A program made the position numbers and the translations under genes. Under the pieces are notes generated by a model, which did no database searches, was not told the origin of the DNA, and saw nothing but the letters and a program-made list of their open reading frames with translations. Positions 19,734 to 30,856 of a DNA stretch of 64,000 bases are shown here, one piece after another. Each line of letters opens with the position of its first letter. The stretch's first letter is position 1. The stretch comes from Candidatus Doriopsillibacter californiensis (GTDB taxonomy: Bacteria; Pseudomonadota; Gammaproteobacteria; Tethybacterales; Persebacteraceae), in NCBI GenBank assembly GCA_030386295.1, contig JANQAO010000002.1, positions 186,868 through 250,867 of the forward strand. Direction: 5' to 3'.

Positions 19734-22628
19734 TTACTGACACGCTTCACAATCTGGGTCATCTATAGCACAAGCCTGAGGCGCGCTACTGCCGTTGCTA
19801 CCACCGGCACTCACCGCGTTGAGTGCGCCAGTGCGAGCTGTATATTTTTCGGTACTGGATGCGCCCATAGAGCGCAAATAATAGGTTGTTTTCAAACCAC
19901 TACGCCACGCCAGTTTATACATTTCATCCAATTTTTTACCGGACGGTTCGGCAATGTACAAATTGAGCGATTGCGCCTGATCCATCCATTTTTGTCGCCG
20001 AGCTGCGCAATCAATCAACCACTTTGGTTCTACTTCAAAAGCCGTTGGATATTTAGCTCGTACCGATTCGGGAATACGAGTAATTTGCTCCAATACGCCA
20101 TCAAAATATTTGATATCTTCCAACATAACATCGTCCCATATCCCCAGCGCTTTAAGGTCATCCACTAGATAGCGGTTAGAAACCGTAAAATCACCAGACA
20201 AATTAGATTTAACATAAATATTTTGGTACGTTGGCTCAATAGATGCCGTTACGCCAACGATATTAGCAATGGTCGCCGTCGGCGCAATTGCCACACAATT
20301 AGAATTCCTCATTCCGTACATTTTGATGCGCTCGCGCAATAACTGCCAGTTTTGCCGTTGTGACAAATCCGCTTGCAAATAGTCACCGTCTAGTCGGTCA
20401 CCACCGCCATCCGCCGACAACGGCAGTTCACCACTCACGTCCACATTGTCACCTCGCTCGGCGGCAAGTAAACGCAATGTATCGTGCGGAAGTATGCCGC
20501 GATCCCACAAACTGCCTTCAAACGATTCGTAAGCCCCTCGCTCGGCTGCCAGTTCAGTAGACGCCAGATAAGCGTGATAACACAGCAATTCAGCAGTATT
20601 ATCAGCAAACTCTACTGCCTCCGGTGAATTGTAGGGAACGTTCATTTCATACAAGCAATCTTGAAATCCCATCATCCCTATACCTACCGGTCGGTGTCGC
20701 TTATTAGCATTTTCGGCTTTGGATACCGCATAGTAGTTAATATCAATAACGTTGTCTAACATACGCATTGCCGTGCGTATCGTTTTTTCCAACTTATCTT
20801 CGTCCAAAACGCCGTCTTTAAAGTGTGCTGGTAGGTTAACTGACCCTAAATTGCACACCGCAATTTCGTCTTGGTTCGTATTGAGCGTAATTTCGGTACA
20901 AAGATTGGAAGAGTGAACAACACCGATATGTTGCTGCGGCGAGCGAATATTGCAGGCATCTTTGAAAGTTATCCACGGATGCCCAGTTTCAAAAAGCATG
21001 GTCAGCATACGCCGCCACAATTCTACCGCTTGCAAAGTTTGGTGATGTAATTCACCACGTGCTGCTTTTTCTTCGTAGGCAACGTAAGCACGCTCAAAAT
21101 TAGCGCCACATAAATCATGCAAATCAGGAACGTCTGCCGGAGAAAACAGTGTCCACTGCCCCTCTTCCATCACTCGCTTCATAAACAAGTCTGGTATCCA
21201 ATTAGCAGTATTCATGTCGTGAGCACGACGACGCTCGTCACCCGTGTTTTTGCGCAAATCTAAAAATTCTAAGATATCCAGATGCCAAGTTTCTAAATAA
21301 ACGCAAACCGCCCCTTTGCGTTTGCCTCCCTGATTCACGGCAACTGCCGTGTCGTTGACAATTTTGAGAAAAGGGATTACACCTTGTGATTTGCCGTTGG
21401 TTCCTTTGATACGAGCACCCATAGCACGCACCGGCGTCCAATCATTACCCAATCCGCCGGCAAACTTGGCCAACAACGCATTTTCACGGTACGAATCAAA
21501 AATCTCCGCTAAATCATCTCCCACTGTTGTCAAATAACAACTAGACAACTGTGAATGGCGGGTACCTGAATTAAACAGTGTCGGAGTGGAACTCATAAAA
21601 CGGAAAGATGACAGTATTTCATAAAATTCTGCCGCACGTTCAGTGGGATTGTCTTCATTGAGCGCCAATCCCATCGCCACACGCATAAAAAAGCTTTGCG
21701 GCAGTTCAATTGGCCGCTCGTCCACACGCAAAAAGTATCGGTCATACAGGGTTTGCATACCTAAATAGCCAAACTGCAAATCGCGCTCTGGTCGCAGTGT
21801 ACTGCCCAACACCGCAAGATCAAACCGAGAAGCCAGCAACGGATTGAGTAATTCACCCGCCACACCAACACGCACCATGTCTAGCAGATGGTTAGCGTAC
21901 AAATCTTCCATTTCAGTGTGGTGCACATCGCGACCAAACACTTCAAAGCGTAAAAAGTCCAACAATAACCGAGCACTGACCTGAGAGTACTGCGGCTCAC
22001 GCTCAATACGTGCTCTAGCAGCTAGATAGAGTGCCTTACAAATTTCTTTTTCGTGTATCCCATCATACATTTCCTGCAGCGATCTTTGTAGCAACGACTC
22101 TACATCCGTCGCGTCCAGCCCTCTACAAGCTTCTTTTACTTGCTCTTGCAGTCGATGTACGTCTAGCTGATACTGCCGACCATTTTTATCAGTCACTTGA
22201 ATGGGTGTTGGCAGTATTTCCCGCGCTTTTTGATTGCGCGCCTCAGCGTGGCGCTCACGATATAACACATAGGCACGTGCCACCTGATGATGCTCACCGC
22301 GCATCAACGCCAATTCGACTTGATCTTGGATTTCTTCAATATGAAAATGCGCTGCAGCTGGGCGGCGACGTGACAACGCTTCCAGCACCCGCTCGGTAGT
22401 ATGTTCTACAATATTTCGCACACTGGCAGAATCGGCGGCACCAGCACCACGAACCTCCAAAAACGCCTTGGTCATTGCTACTGATATTTTTTGGCGGTCA
22501 AATTTTACAACAGCACCATTACGACGAATGACGCGATAATCGCCCAAAATCGGCGAATTGTCGGTAAAATCGTTACTAACAGACCGAACAGAACTAGTAA
22601 CAGCGACTTGTTTAATAATTGGTTGCAT
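19734..22628 (-). CDS. nrdA: Class Ia ribonucleotide reductase alpha subunit (long form with two N-terminal ATP-cones)
   Basis: 964 aa with two ATP-cone-like segments, the catalytic core (NLCTEI, radical Cys region) and a C-terminal CxxC tail (DCEACQ). Confidence 0.95.
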   Translation of the reverse strand: MQPIIKQVAVTSSVRSVSNDFTDNSPILGDYRVIRRNGAVVKFDRQKISVAMTKAFLEVRGAGAADSASVRNIVEHTTERVLEALSRRRPAAAHFHIEEIQDQVELALMRGEHHQVARAYVLYRERHAEARNQKAREILPTPIQVTDKNGRQYQLDVHRLQEQVKEACRGLDATDVESLLQRSLQEMYDGIHEKEICKALYLAARARIEREPQYSQVSARLLLDFLRFEVFGRDVHHTEMEDLYANHLLDMVRVGVAGELLNPLLASRFDLAVLGSTLRPERDLQFGYLGMQTLYDRYFLRVDERPIELPQSFFMRVAMGLALNEDNPTERAAEFYEILSSFRFMSSTPTLFNSGTRHSQLSSCYLTTVGDDLAEIFDSYRENALLAKFAGGLGNDWTPVRAMGARIKGTNGKSQGVIPFLKIVNDTAVAVNQGGKRKGAVCVYLETWHLDILEFLDLRKNTGDERRRAHDMNTANWIPDLFMKRVMEEGQWTLFSPADVPDLHDLCGANFERAYVAYEEKAARGELHHQTLQAVELWRRMLTMLFETGHPWITFKDACNIRSPQQHIGVVHSSNLCTEITLNTNQDEIAVCNLGSVNLPAHFKDGVLDEDKLEKTIRTAMRMLDNVIDINYYAVSKAENANKRHRPVGIGMMGFQDCLYEMNVPYNSPEAVEFADNTAELLCYHAYLASTELAAERGAYESFEGSLWDRGILPHDTLRLLAAERGDNVDVSGELPLSADGGGDRLDGDYLQADLSQRQNWQLLRERIKMYGMRNSNCVAIAPTATIANIVGVTASIEPTYQNIYVKSNLSGDFTVSNRYLVDDLKALGIWDDVMLEDIKYFDGVLEQITRIPESVRAKYPTAFEVEPKWLIDCAARRQKWMDQAQSLNLYIAEPSGKKLDEMYKLAWRSGLKTTYYLRSMGASSTEKYTARTGALNAVSAGGSNGSSAPQACAIDDPDCEACQ

Positions 22629-22687
22629 AACTTTCTTCTTTTCACCTCTGAATTACAGGTTTTTTACACAGGAATTAGACTCTTTTT

Positions 22688-22733
22688 GCACAACATATAG
22701 CCTTCTTTTTATTAAAAAATCGCACATATGGTG
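22688..22733 (-). promoter_or_regulatory. Two candidate NrdR-box-like palindromic elements upstream of nrdA
   Basis: On the minus strand, GGCTATATGTTGTGC and CACCATATGTG have centres about 31 bp apart, 60-105 bp upstream of the nrdA ATG. They only partly match the NrdR box as I recall it (acaCwAtATaTwGtgt). Confidence 0.3.
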
Positions 22734-22744
22734 ATTCCTAGATG

Positions 22745-22808
22745 TTACACTTAAATTACACTTAAATTACATTACACTTAAATTAAATTACACCTAAATT
22801 ACAATTAA
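22745..22808. repeat. Imperfect 11-bp-period tandem repeat (TTACACTTAAA)n
   Basis: TTACACTTAAA TTACACTTAAA TTACA TTACACTTAAA TTAAA TTACACCTAAA TTACAATTAA, located between the kinase stop and the nrdA promoter region. Confidence 0.7.
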
Positions 22809-22836
22809 TACTATTGAGTAGCAAAGTAAATTTAAT

Positions 22837-24402
22837 TTATTGGGACAGCAAAGCAAAAGTGACCTCACCGGAAATATTTTTTTCTAGTGCTGCACGATAA
22901 CCTTTCTTTTCTGCTTCCATCGCCAATTGATGCAAGGCAACGCCAAACCCAGAGTCAGATTGTACCGGAGCCGCAAACAAGTGCGCCGCCGTTACCGCCA
23001 CTACCGGTGCGCCGTCGTCAGTAACGCGTAAAGTCATCTGTCCGGGGGCTGTTTCTGATAGAGACGCCGTTATCGTCGTTACCTGCTTATGCAACGCATT
23101 TTCTAAAAAATTATCTAATGCCCTGTCAAATAATGCACTTGACACCATTGATATCGCCGTTGTGGGAACAAAATACGCCTTGGTGTGTAAATGGCGCGAA
23201 GCAGCGTCCCGCCACCATGTCGCCGCATCCGCAAAACGATCATCATCGTCCTGATTTTGTAGCTTGGCTACCGCCGTCTCCAATCGCTGCCGCAAAATTG
23301 GCAACTGCCGCCGTAACAAAGCGTCATCTTTAACCATTGTCAACACCGCCAACGCATGTAAAATATTTTTAATGTCATGAGTTAAACGAGCTCCTGTTTG
23401 ATGCACAGCAACAAGTAAATTTTGCGCCCGCTGCTCTTCTTCCCGCCGTTTAGCAACGTAATATTCACTGACAATACGGCACAACAAATAGCGACCAAAC
23501 CACATCCACGGCGACACAAATCGTCGCGAATAAAACGTCAGCGTCAGCGGCGGACTAGCCACTTGAGCTCGATATTTGCTTTCCCGCCCCACCTGTTGCG
23601 GTACATTATCGCCAATACGCCATGCCAATCCCGTTATTCCGGGCAAACTATCGGCCAATTCCCGCATAGTAGCCTCCAAAAAATCTGCGGCACTTTCTTT
23701 CTCTGCAGCAATCGCGGAAATTTTTTCCACCCACTTATCCACTGGCACGTCCAACGCAAAAGCTTGGGATGTCAGACCGCCACCGGTCAGTGGTGCCAAT
23801 ACCAAACTTATTGCAGCGATAGCAGCACAAAAACCCGCAGCGGAAATAGCCACCACTTGTGGATATAAGTCAAGGTGCAATGACAGTAATTTAACTGTAA
23901 GCGCAAAAGCCAAAAATATCAGCGCCAGCAACGCACAAATCAGAGGATCGGCGGTGGTTTGTCGGCGACTAAAACCAATCAACACAATCAGACAAAGAAG
24001 TCCGGCAATCACGACGCTGTTATTCCCATCAATAATCGGCGGCAGACGATAATTCAGTGTGAAAAGAATAATTTGCAAACATAAGGCGGCGGCGGCAATA
24101 CGTCCCAGCTGTACTCGCCGATTATCGGCCAGCATGGCTTCGGTAGCAAAAATGCCGGCAAGCAAGCAAGCACACGGTAGCGGTAACCAAATTGACACTG
24201 CCGTCAATGCTACCGCCGCTACCAACATGCGAGCCAATTGCCCATCAATGGTACGATGTAACAAATGAACGCCCGCCGCTACCCCCACCAATGCATTAGG
24301 CGCTTCCGACCATGCCAGTACCGCCAACAATATTGGCGACAACGCCCCCAACACAAAACGTCCTACCATTATCAGACGACGGACACCGTTACCACCACTC
24401 AT
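22837..24402 (-). CDS. Polytopic membrane sensor histidine kinase (PrsK-like architecture), orphan
   Basis: About 200 aa of multi-TM N-terminus, H-box LTHDIKNILHAL, N-box ENALHK, and G-boxes DDGAP and SGFGVAL. Its start overlaps the comF stop (ATGA). Confidence 0.65.
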   Translation of the reverse strand: MSGGNGVRRLIMVGRFVLGALSPILLAVLAWSEAPNALVGVAAGVHLLHRTIDGQLARMLVAAVALTAVSIWLPLPCACLLAGIFATEAMLADNRRVQLGRIAAAALCLQIILFTLNYRLPPIIDGNNSVVIAGLLCLIVLIGFSRRQTTADPLICALLALIFLAFALTVKLLSLHLDLYPQVVAISAAGFCAAIAAISLVLAPLTGGGLTSQAFALDVPVDKWVEKISAIAAEKESAADFLEATMRELADSLPGITGLAWRIGDNVPQQVGRESKYRAQVASPPLTLTFYSRRFVSPWMWFGRYLLCRIVSEYYVAKRREEEQRAQNLLVAVHQTGARLTHDIKNILHALAVLTMVKDDALLRRQLPILRQRLETAVAKLQNQDDDDRFADAATWWRDAASRHLHTKAYFVPTTAISMVSSALFDRALDNFLENALHKQVTTITASLSETAPGQMTLRVTDDGAPVVAVTAAHLFAAPVQSDSGFGVALHQLAMEAEKKGYRAALEKNISGEVTFALLSQ

Positions 24403-25052
24403 AATGTTGACTTTTTGGGTACAGTGCGGGCGATAATTAAATTAATCACCTTAGCGGCTCCCGCTTTTTTCAGCACTTTCGCAATTTCCTGCATAGTAGC
24501 ACCACTGCTCATTACGTCATCCACTACCAACACCCGACGTCCTCGCACCGCAGCGGCAACAGTAAAAGCACCCTTAACGTTGCGTCGCCGTGCTGCCACA
24601 TTGGTCTGACGCGTTTGCGGCAGTGTGTCCACCACTCGCCGTAACCAATCATCACGCAATGGCGGTGCTGGCGACGGCAACATTTTTGCCAGTTCTCGGG
24701 CTTGATTAAAACCACGCCAACTCTCGCGGGTAGGATGTAACGGCACCGGCAACATCACATCCGCCGCTGGCGCAACAGCAAAACTTGCCAACAATTCCGC
24801 TAATTGCCAACTCCCGTAAAACTTAAAATATTGCACCAACATGGTTAGCGGCGGCAGGTAGCAAAGCGCGGCAACAGTGCAATCAAAAGCCGGTGGTTGT
24901 TTTATACAGACGCCGCAAAGTCCGTCCGTCGGCGCCGCGCATTGCGGACAAGCCACAACAACCCGCAATCGCTCAACATCGACCATACAAGGAGGGCACA
25001 ATGTACCGCGGCACAACGCCCGACACAGCGCACAACAAGTCAATAACAACAT
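24399..25052 (-). CDS. comF: ComF-family protein (zinc-ribbon plus phosphoribosyltransferase domain)
   Basis: N-terminal CxxC...CxxC ribbons and the PRTase motif VLVVDDVMSSGATM. Confidence 0.75.
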   Translation of the reverse strand: MLLLTCCALCRALCRGTLCPPCMVDVERLRVVVACPQCAAPTDGLCGVCIKQPPAFDCTVAALCYLPPLTMLVQYFKFYGSWQLAELLASFAVAPAADVMLPVPLHPTRESWRGFNQARELAKMLPSPAPPLRDDWLRRVVDTLPQTRQTNVAARRRNVKGAFTVAAAVRGRRVLVVDDVMSSGATMQEIAKVLKKAGAAKVINLIIARTVPKKSTL

Positions 25053-25164
25053 TAATCCTTATCTGTGAAAAATATATACAAATCAGTGACTATTTAAATT
25101 TTTCTATCATACAATACAAGGCTTGGTAATTTTTAATATTTTCGCCACCTTTTTATAATATTTT

Positions 25165-26601
25165 ATGCGTAAGCAAATTGCCGCGATTTTTGCCCTACTC
25201 CTCACTACCGGCTTACTACAAGTCGGACACGGAGCAGTGTCGGCAATGATTATTCAGTACGGTGGGCAACTAAAGTTTTCAGCTACCGTGTTGGGACTAC
25301 TGACGGCGGCAATGTATGTAGGAATGATTGCCGGCAATATCTTACAACGCCGACTGTTGCCGCGCATTTCTTATATCCGCACTTTTGCCGTATGCGCAAC
25401 AATAACGACACTACTGTCTATGTTTCTTCCTATGCTACCCGATATTTGGACATGGTTGTTAATGCGCGTAATCTATGGCGTGTTTTACAGTGTTGCGATG
25501 GTAGTATGCATGGACTGGGTCAATTCCAAGTCAACTCAAGAAAATCGTAGCCGTTTGATGGGCACGATGATGACCGTAATGTTTCTAGCGTACGGTCTCA
25601 GTCAATACATTTTGCTGTTGGGTAAAAACCATCCGGATAAGGCATTCATTCTTGCCACCGCTTTTTTGTTGTTTTCTTTGGTACCGGTTTGCCTTACGCG
25701 CTTTCCCGAACCGCAAGCACCGCCGCGCGCAGAAAACAGCAGCATCAGCTTACGCGAAGCCTATCAAGTTGCTCCGGTGTCTTATATAGGGCAGTTTGGT
25801 TTTGGCTTAGCTACCGGAGCAGGCTGGTTATTTATATCTTATTTAGATTCATTAAATGTGTCGTCAACAGTAGGTGCAACCATGGCAGTAGTGTTGTATG
25901 GTAGTGGTTTTATACTGCAACTGCCAATGGGCTGGCTATCCGATAAGCTAGCTGATCGGCGTAACCTGATAGTAGTGCTAGCCGGCGCATCAGCCGCACT
26001 GGCGGCACTGCTATTTTTTGGCTCGTACATGTCGTCAGGTATACTTTTATTTTTACTTTTTATGTTCAGCGCGATATCCAATCCTTTGTATTCACTCAAC
26101 ATTAGCTACGGACAAGGTTTTGTAGACAGTGGCAAATCAGCAGATTATTCTTTTCGGCTAATTCAGATTTACGCAATCGGCGCACTTATTGGTCCACCGA
26201 TAACGGGTTTTTTGATGAGTACCATCGCACCAGATGCACTCTTTGCCTTTATCGGAATTATTTTTGCCGCTGTTACTATCATTACCGCTACCAATCGCTT
26301 TATGCCGCATTATCGTCCTGCCCACACCGAACAACTTCGCCCGCTATCACCATTGATGGCGTCGCAAGCAGTTAGTGAGGAAGTTATGTATTCTGAATTA
26401 GATATTGGCCCCGACTTTTCGCCGATTTCTCCCCAAAAATCAATTATGGATGACACTGCAGCAATAGGACCCGATTTACCAGATGAACCGATAACGGCGG
26501 CTGATGCGGCAACGATGGGGCCAGATTTCCCCGACGAGGCAACGGCAGAAACCGAAATAATCGGACCGGCATCGTCGAAAAATAAACAGGAGAACGCATG
26601 A
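25165..26601 (+). CDS. MFS transporter with a repeat-containing C-terminal tail
   Basis: About 12 predicted TM segments over 390 aa. An ~85-aa acidic tail follows, with four (I/M)GPD(F/L)(S/P) motifs. Confidence 0.7.
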   Translation: MRKQIAAIFALLLTTGLLQVGHGAVSAMIIQYGGQLKFSATVLGLLTAAMYVGMIAGNILQRRLLPRISYIRTFAVCATITTLLSMFLPMLPDIWTWLLMRVIYGVFYSVAMVVCMDWVNSKSTQENRSRLMGTMMTVMFLAYGLSQYILLLGKNHPDKAFILATAFLLFSLVPVCLTRFPEPQAPPRAENSSISLREAYQVAPVSYIGQFGFGLATGAGWLFISYLDSLNVSSTVGATMAVVLYGSGFILQLPMGWLSDKLADRRNLIVVLAGASAALAALLFFGSYMSSGILLFLLFMFSAISNPLYSLNISYGQGFVDSGKSADYSFRLIQIYAIGALIGPPITGFLMSTIAPDALFAFIGIIFAAVTIITATNRFMPHYRPAHTEQLRPLSPLMASQAVSEEVMYSELDIGPDFSPISPQKSIMDDTAAIGPDLPDEPITAADAATMGPDFPDEATAETEIIGPASSKNKQENA

Positions 26602-26894
26602 GCAAAATTAATACGGAAGATTTGGTGCGATTGGCGCGAATGACGCGACTAGAAGTACCACCAGAAAAAACGCCGGAAGCTTTACAGGCACTTAACGCCA
26701 TTTTAGATATGATGGAACAATTGCAGCACGCCAATGTAGATGCCGTAGACGCGCTCACGCATGTGCAATTTCAGGGACAAACGTTGCGATTGCGTGATGA
26801 CACGGCGCAAGTTGGATACAACACGGATGCACTTTTCGCCGGTGCTCCTCAAACGGACGACGGCTGTTTTATCGTACCTCGGGTGATTGAATGA
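26598..26894 (+). CDS. gatC: Glu/Asp-tRNA amidotransferase subunit C
   Basis: 98 aa (LARMTRLEV...), overlapping gatA in a gatCAB operon. Confidence 0.9.
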   Translation: MSKINTEDLVRLARMTRLEVPPEKTPEALQALNAILDMMEQLQHANVDAVDALTHVQFQGQTLRLRDDTAQVGYNTDALFAGAPQTDDGCFIVPRVIE

Positions 26895-28324
26895 ATACCG
26901 AGTTGTCCACCGCTGGAGTACGCGGTTTAGTTGCACTATTAACCGCCGGCGACGTATCAGCCACAGAAGTCTCAGCGCATTTTCAGCGACAAATAAAAGC
27001 CCAAAAACAACTTAATGCATTCGTACAGATAGAAGACAACCCAACGGTACCCGCCAATAATGGAACTTTGGCAGGAGTGCCCATCGCACACAAAGATATT
27101 TTTTGCGCTCGTGATGTAGCAAGTACTTGTGGCTCAAACATATTAAAAAATTACAACCCGCCTTACGATGCCGCCATAGTGGAGCGCGCACACGCTGCCG
27201 GCATGGTGTGTCTGGGTCGCACCAACATGGATGAATTTGCCATGGGGTCATCGGGAGAACATTCCGTATATGGTGCCACGCTTAACCCGTGGAATGAAAC
27301 GCGCACCCCTGGCGGTAGTTCCAGCGGTTCAGCAGCGGCGGTCGCGGCGCGCCTGACGCCAGTAGCGACAGCAACCGATACCGGTGGATCTATCCGCCAA
27401 CCTGCAGCGTTTTGCGGTGTAACCGGAGTCAAACCTACTTATGGACGCATCTCTCGCTGGGGCATGGTAGCTTTTGCCTCCAGTTTTGACCAAGGCGGTG
27501 TAATCGCAGTTAGTGCCGACGACTGCGCTCTTGCGCTCAATGCTTTGTGTGGATTTGACGCGCGCGATTCCACTTCACTGGACGTGCCGACAGAAGATTT
27601 CACTCACGATATTCATACACCGCTGTCTGGTCTAAAGATTGGAGTTCCTGCGGAATTTTTTGGTGACGGGTTAAACGCCGAAACCGGCACCCGAGTTCAA
27701 GAAGCGTTGCAAACAATGCAAAAAGCTGGAGCTGAGTTGGTTGACGTACGCCTGCCAGCGGTGAATTTCGCCATCCCAGCCTACTATGTGCTGACCTGCG
27801 CCGAGGCTTCCAGCAATTTATCACGTTTTGACGGCGTAAGATACGGCCTGCGTGCCGATAACGCCAATGATTTGCTCTCTATGTACGAAAAAACCCGCGC
27901 AGCCGGCTTTGGTGAAGAAGTCAAGCGACGGATTTTGGTAGGCGCCTACGTACTGTCCTACGGCTACTATGATGCCTATTATCGTCGCGCCATGAAAGTG
28001 CGCAAATTGGTAGCCGATGATTTTGCTCGCGCCTTTGAACAATGTGATCTTATTGCTGGACCAACTACTCCGGGACCGGCATTTGCACTCAATGAAATTG
28101 CCGACAGCGATCCGGTAACCATGTACAAGCAAGATATTTATACCGTGCCAATTAATTTAGCCGGGCTGCCGGCGGCATCTGTACCGTGCGGTTTTGCAGG
28201 AGCACTGCCGGTAGGATTACAGCTTATCGCACCACCGATGGAAGAAGCGCGTTTGTTACGGGTGGCACACCAATATCAACAACATACAGATTTTCATCAA
28301 CGCCTACCGGTGACAGTAGCATGA
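26891..28324 (+). CDS. gatA: Glu/Asp-tRNA amidotransferase subunit A
   Basis: Amidase signature [13 protein letters not shown]...[10 protein letters not shown]. Confidence 0.95.
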   Translation: MNTELSTAGVRGLVALLTAGDVSATEVSAHFQRQIKAQKQLNAFVQIEDNPTVPANNGTLAGVPIAHKDIFCARDVASTCGSNILKNYNPPYDAAIVERAHAAGMVCLGRTNMDEFAMGSSGEHSVYGATLNPWNETRTPGGSSSGSAAAVAARLTPVATATDTGGSIRQPAAFCGVTGVKPTYGRISRWGMVAFASSFDQGGVIAVSADDCALALNALCGFDARDSTSLDVPTEDFTHDIHTPLSGLKIGVPAEFFGDGLNAETGTRVQEALQTMQKAGAELVDVRLPAVNFAIPAYYVLTCAEASSNLSRFDGVRYGLRADNANDLLSMYEKTRAAGFGEEVKRRILVGAYVLSYGYYDAYYRRAMKVRKLVADDFARAFEQCDLIAGPTTPGPAFALNEIADSDPVTMYKQDIYTVPINLAGLPAASVPCGFAGALPVGLQLIAPPMEEARLLRVAHQYQQHTDFHQRLPVTVA

Positions 28325-29763
28325 AATGGGAATGCGTTATTGGTTTAGAAATTCACGCACAATTAAAAACGGCGAGTAAAATTTTTTCGCCAGCGGCGGC
28401 GACCTATTGCGACACACCCAATCAGCACGTACGCGAAGTGGATTGCGGTCTACCCGGCGCCTTACCAGTGCTCAATCGTACCGTAGTGGAATATGCTATT
28501 CGTTTAGGGTTAGCGCTGGAATCCGAAATCAGTGAGCTATCCGAATTTGCACGTAAAAATTATTTTTATCCAGACCTCCCAAAAGGCTATCAAATCAGCC
28601 AGTTTGACTATCCTATCGTCAGCGGCGGTCGACTCGCCATTGACATGCCGGACGGTGAAAAAATTATTGGTATCACCCGCGCACATTTAGAAGAAGACGC
28701 CGGTAAACTATTACACGACGTGGCTGACGGTGCTTCCGGAGTGGACTTAAATCGCGCTGGGGTACCGTTGTTGGAAATTGTTTCCGAGCCAGACATGCGT
28801 AGTATTGCCGAAGCAACCGCATATGCCAAAGCCATGCACCGGTTGGTACGGTGGCTTGGCGTGTGTGATGGCAACATGCAAGAAGGTTCGTTTCGAGTGG
28901 ACGCCAATATCTCCGTGCGTCGTCCAAATGCGCAGTTTGGCACTCGCTGTGAAATCAAAAATCTCAATTCATTCCGCTTTTTAGAACAAGCACTAGAATA
29001 TGAAATGATGCGACAGATTAACGTGCTGGAAGGAGGCGGAACAATTGAACAGCAAACGCGTTTATTTGATTCTGTGAAGGGCGTCACTCGGGCGATGCGT
29101 AGTAAAGAAAATGCGCATGATTATCGTTATTTTCCCGACCCTGATTTACCACCACTAGCAGTATCAAAAGCATGGATAGAACGAGTGCGACAAAACATGC
29201 CTGAACTGCCGGCGACTCGCCGAACGCGTTTTATGGAAGTGCTGGGATTGTCAGCATATGACGCTGGCGTACTGACCGCAGAGCGCGAGCTAGCGGATTA
29301 TTTTGAAGCCGTGCTAGCTGCATTTTCAGAAAATAACGAGCCGACAGCGGCTAAAACTTGTGCCAACTGGGTTTGTGGTGAATTGTCAGGGTTAATGAAT
29401 AAATCTGGCGTTAGCGTGGCGGCGTTGCCGGTATCAGCAGTCAATTTAGCGAATTTGTTGCAACGTATTGTGGCAGGAGACGTGTCGGGCAAAACGGCCA
29501 AAACCGTTTTGGAAAAAATGTGGGCACACGGTGAAGATGCCGACGTGGTTATCACGCGTGAAGGGCTGGCGCAAATCAGCGATGCCGACGCGCTAGAAAA
29601 AATCGCTGATGAGATTATTGCTGCCAATCCAACACAAACTGAGCAATATCGTGCTGGCAAAGAAAAATTGTTCGGCTTTTTTGTTGGGCAGATGATGAAA
29701 GCAACCAAAGGACAAGCCAATCCGGCACAAACCAATGAAATTTTACGGCGTAAATTGACATAA
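28321..29763 (+). CDS. gatB: Glu/Asp-tRNA amidotransferase subunit B
   Basis: [15 protein letters not shown] start with an ATGA overlap onto the gatA stop. The longer ORF start at 28186 lies inside gatA and was rejected. Confidence 0.95.
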   Translation: MKWECVIGLEIHAQLKTASKIFSPAAATYCDTPNQHVREVDCGLPGALPVLNRTVVEYAIRLGLALESEISELSEFARKNYFYPDLPKGYQISQFDYPIVSGGRLAIDMPDGEKIIGITRAHLEEDAGKLLHDVADGASGVDLNRAGVPLLEIVSEPDMRSIAEATAYAKAMHRLVRWLGVCDGNMQEGSFRVDANISVRRPNAQFGTRCEIKNLNSFRFLEQALEYEMMRQINVLEGGGTIEQQTRLFDSVKGVTRAMRSKENAHDYRYFPDPDLPPLAVSKAWIERVRQNMPELPATRRTRFMEVLGLSAYDAGVLTAERELADYFEAVLAAFSENNEPTAAKTCANWVCGELSGLMNKSGVSVAALPVSAVNLANLLQRIVAGDVSGKTAKTVLEKMWAHGEDADVVITREGLAQISDADALEKIADEIIAANPTQTEQYRAGKEKLFGFFVGQMMKATKGQANPAQTNEILRRKLT

Positions 29764-29980
29764 AAATGGCAGATAAAACTAATTTAAAAAAGATTCAAAA
29801 TTGCCGTTAACGAAAAATATAAAATATAACAAAGCGAATGAATTTTGAGCAGCTTTTCGGCACAGCCGATTAAAAAACCCTACTCAGCCATGATGACAAA
29901 AAATAAAATTGCCTTTACACATATCAATTACCGATTTTTTTTCGTGATTAGGCATCGGGGAAAGTTGCGCGCAACATAGC

Positions 29981-30787
29981 ATGGCCACTTACGCTATTGG
30001 CGATATTCATGGCTGTTTGCGTACCTTTCAGGCTTTGTTGACACGGGTTAATTTCAATCCAGCCCGCGACACTTTATGGCTTACTGGCGACATTGTTAAT
30101 CGGGGACCAAATTCACTTGAAATGTTGCGCTGGGTGCACGACCACCGACATTGCTTGCGTCTAGTGCTGGGTAATCATGATTTAGCGTTGCTAGCGGCAC
30201 ACCTTGGCGTTCATCCGCCCACTGCTGCCACGCAACTAATTTTACGTGCTGATGACGGCAATAAATTATGTCACTGGCTGCGCAGACAACCACTAGCCAT
30301 TGCCGAAAGCGATTATGTAATGATTCACGCTGGGCGGCTTGCCACGTGGGAACAAACGCAAACACTGGAATTGGCGGCGGAAGTAGCAACACGCATACAG
30401 ACGGATGATGATTTTTTTAATGTGATGTACGGCAATAATCCTACTCGTTGGCATCCAGCTTTTTCGGCAGATAATCGTTGTCGATTAATTATCAACGCTC
30501 TGACTCGCCTGCGGTTGCTCAATAATGACGGCAGTTTGTATTTGGATTATGCCGGCGAGCCAAACCAACGTCCGCCCGGTACCGTTCCGTGGTTTGATTT
30601 CCCGCATCGGCAGTGGTGGCAAGCAACGGTAATTTTTGGCCATTGGTCATCGCTAGGACTTGTTATGCGTTCCGACATCATGGCCATTGACACCGGTTGC
30701 TTGTGGGGACGACAACTTACGGCGGTGAGGTTAGAAGACCGCACCGTGTTTCAAGTTCCCACACAAGAAGACGACATACCGCTTTAA
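29981..30787 (+). CDS. apaH: Symmetrical bis(5'-nucleosyl)-tetraphosphatase
   Basis: Metallophosphatase motifs YAIGDIHGC, GDIVNRGP and GNHD. Confidence 0.9.
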   Translation: MATYAIGDIHGCLRTFQALLTRVNFNPARDTLWLTGDIVNRGPNSLEMLRWVHDHRHCLRLVLGNHDLALLAAHLGVHPPTAATQLILRADDGNKLCHWLRRQPLAIAESDYVMIHAGRLATWEQTQTLELAAEVATRIQTDDDFFNVMYGNNPTRWHPAFSADNRCRLIINALTRLRLLNNDGSLYLDYAGEPNQRPPGTVPWFDFPHRQWWQATVIFGHWSSLGLVMRSDIMAIDTGCLWGRQLTAVRLEDRTVFQVPTQEDDIPL

Positions 30788-30856
30788 GCAGTTAAAAAAT
30801 CGGAGCATTATGGCTCAGCGCACACACTGGCACGTTATAATTCTGAAAAAATATCT

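Noticed and set aside
28186-28320. N-terminal extensions of ORF-track entries: gatB from 28186, glnA from 1742, efp from 10441, plsY from 35691, bhmt from 55843, and others.
   Set aside because: The extensions overlap upstream genes or have no homologous N-terminus. Internal ATGs give canonical protein starts with SD sequences or ATGA coupling.
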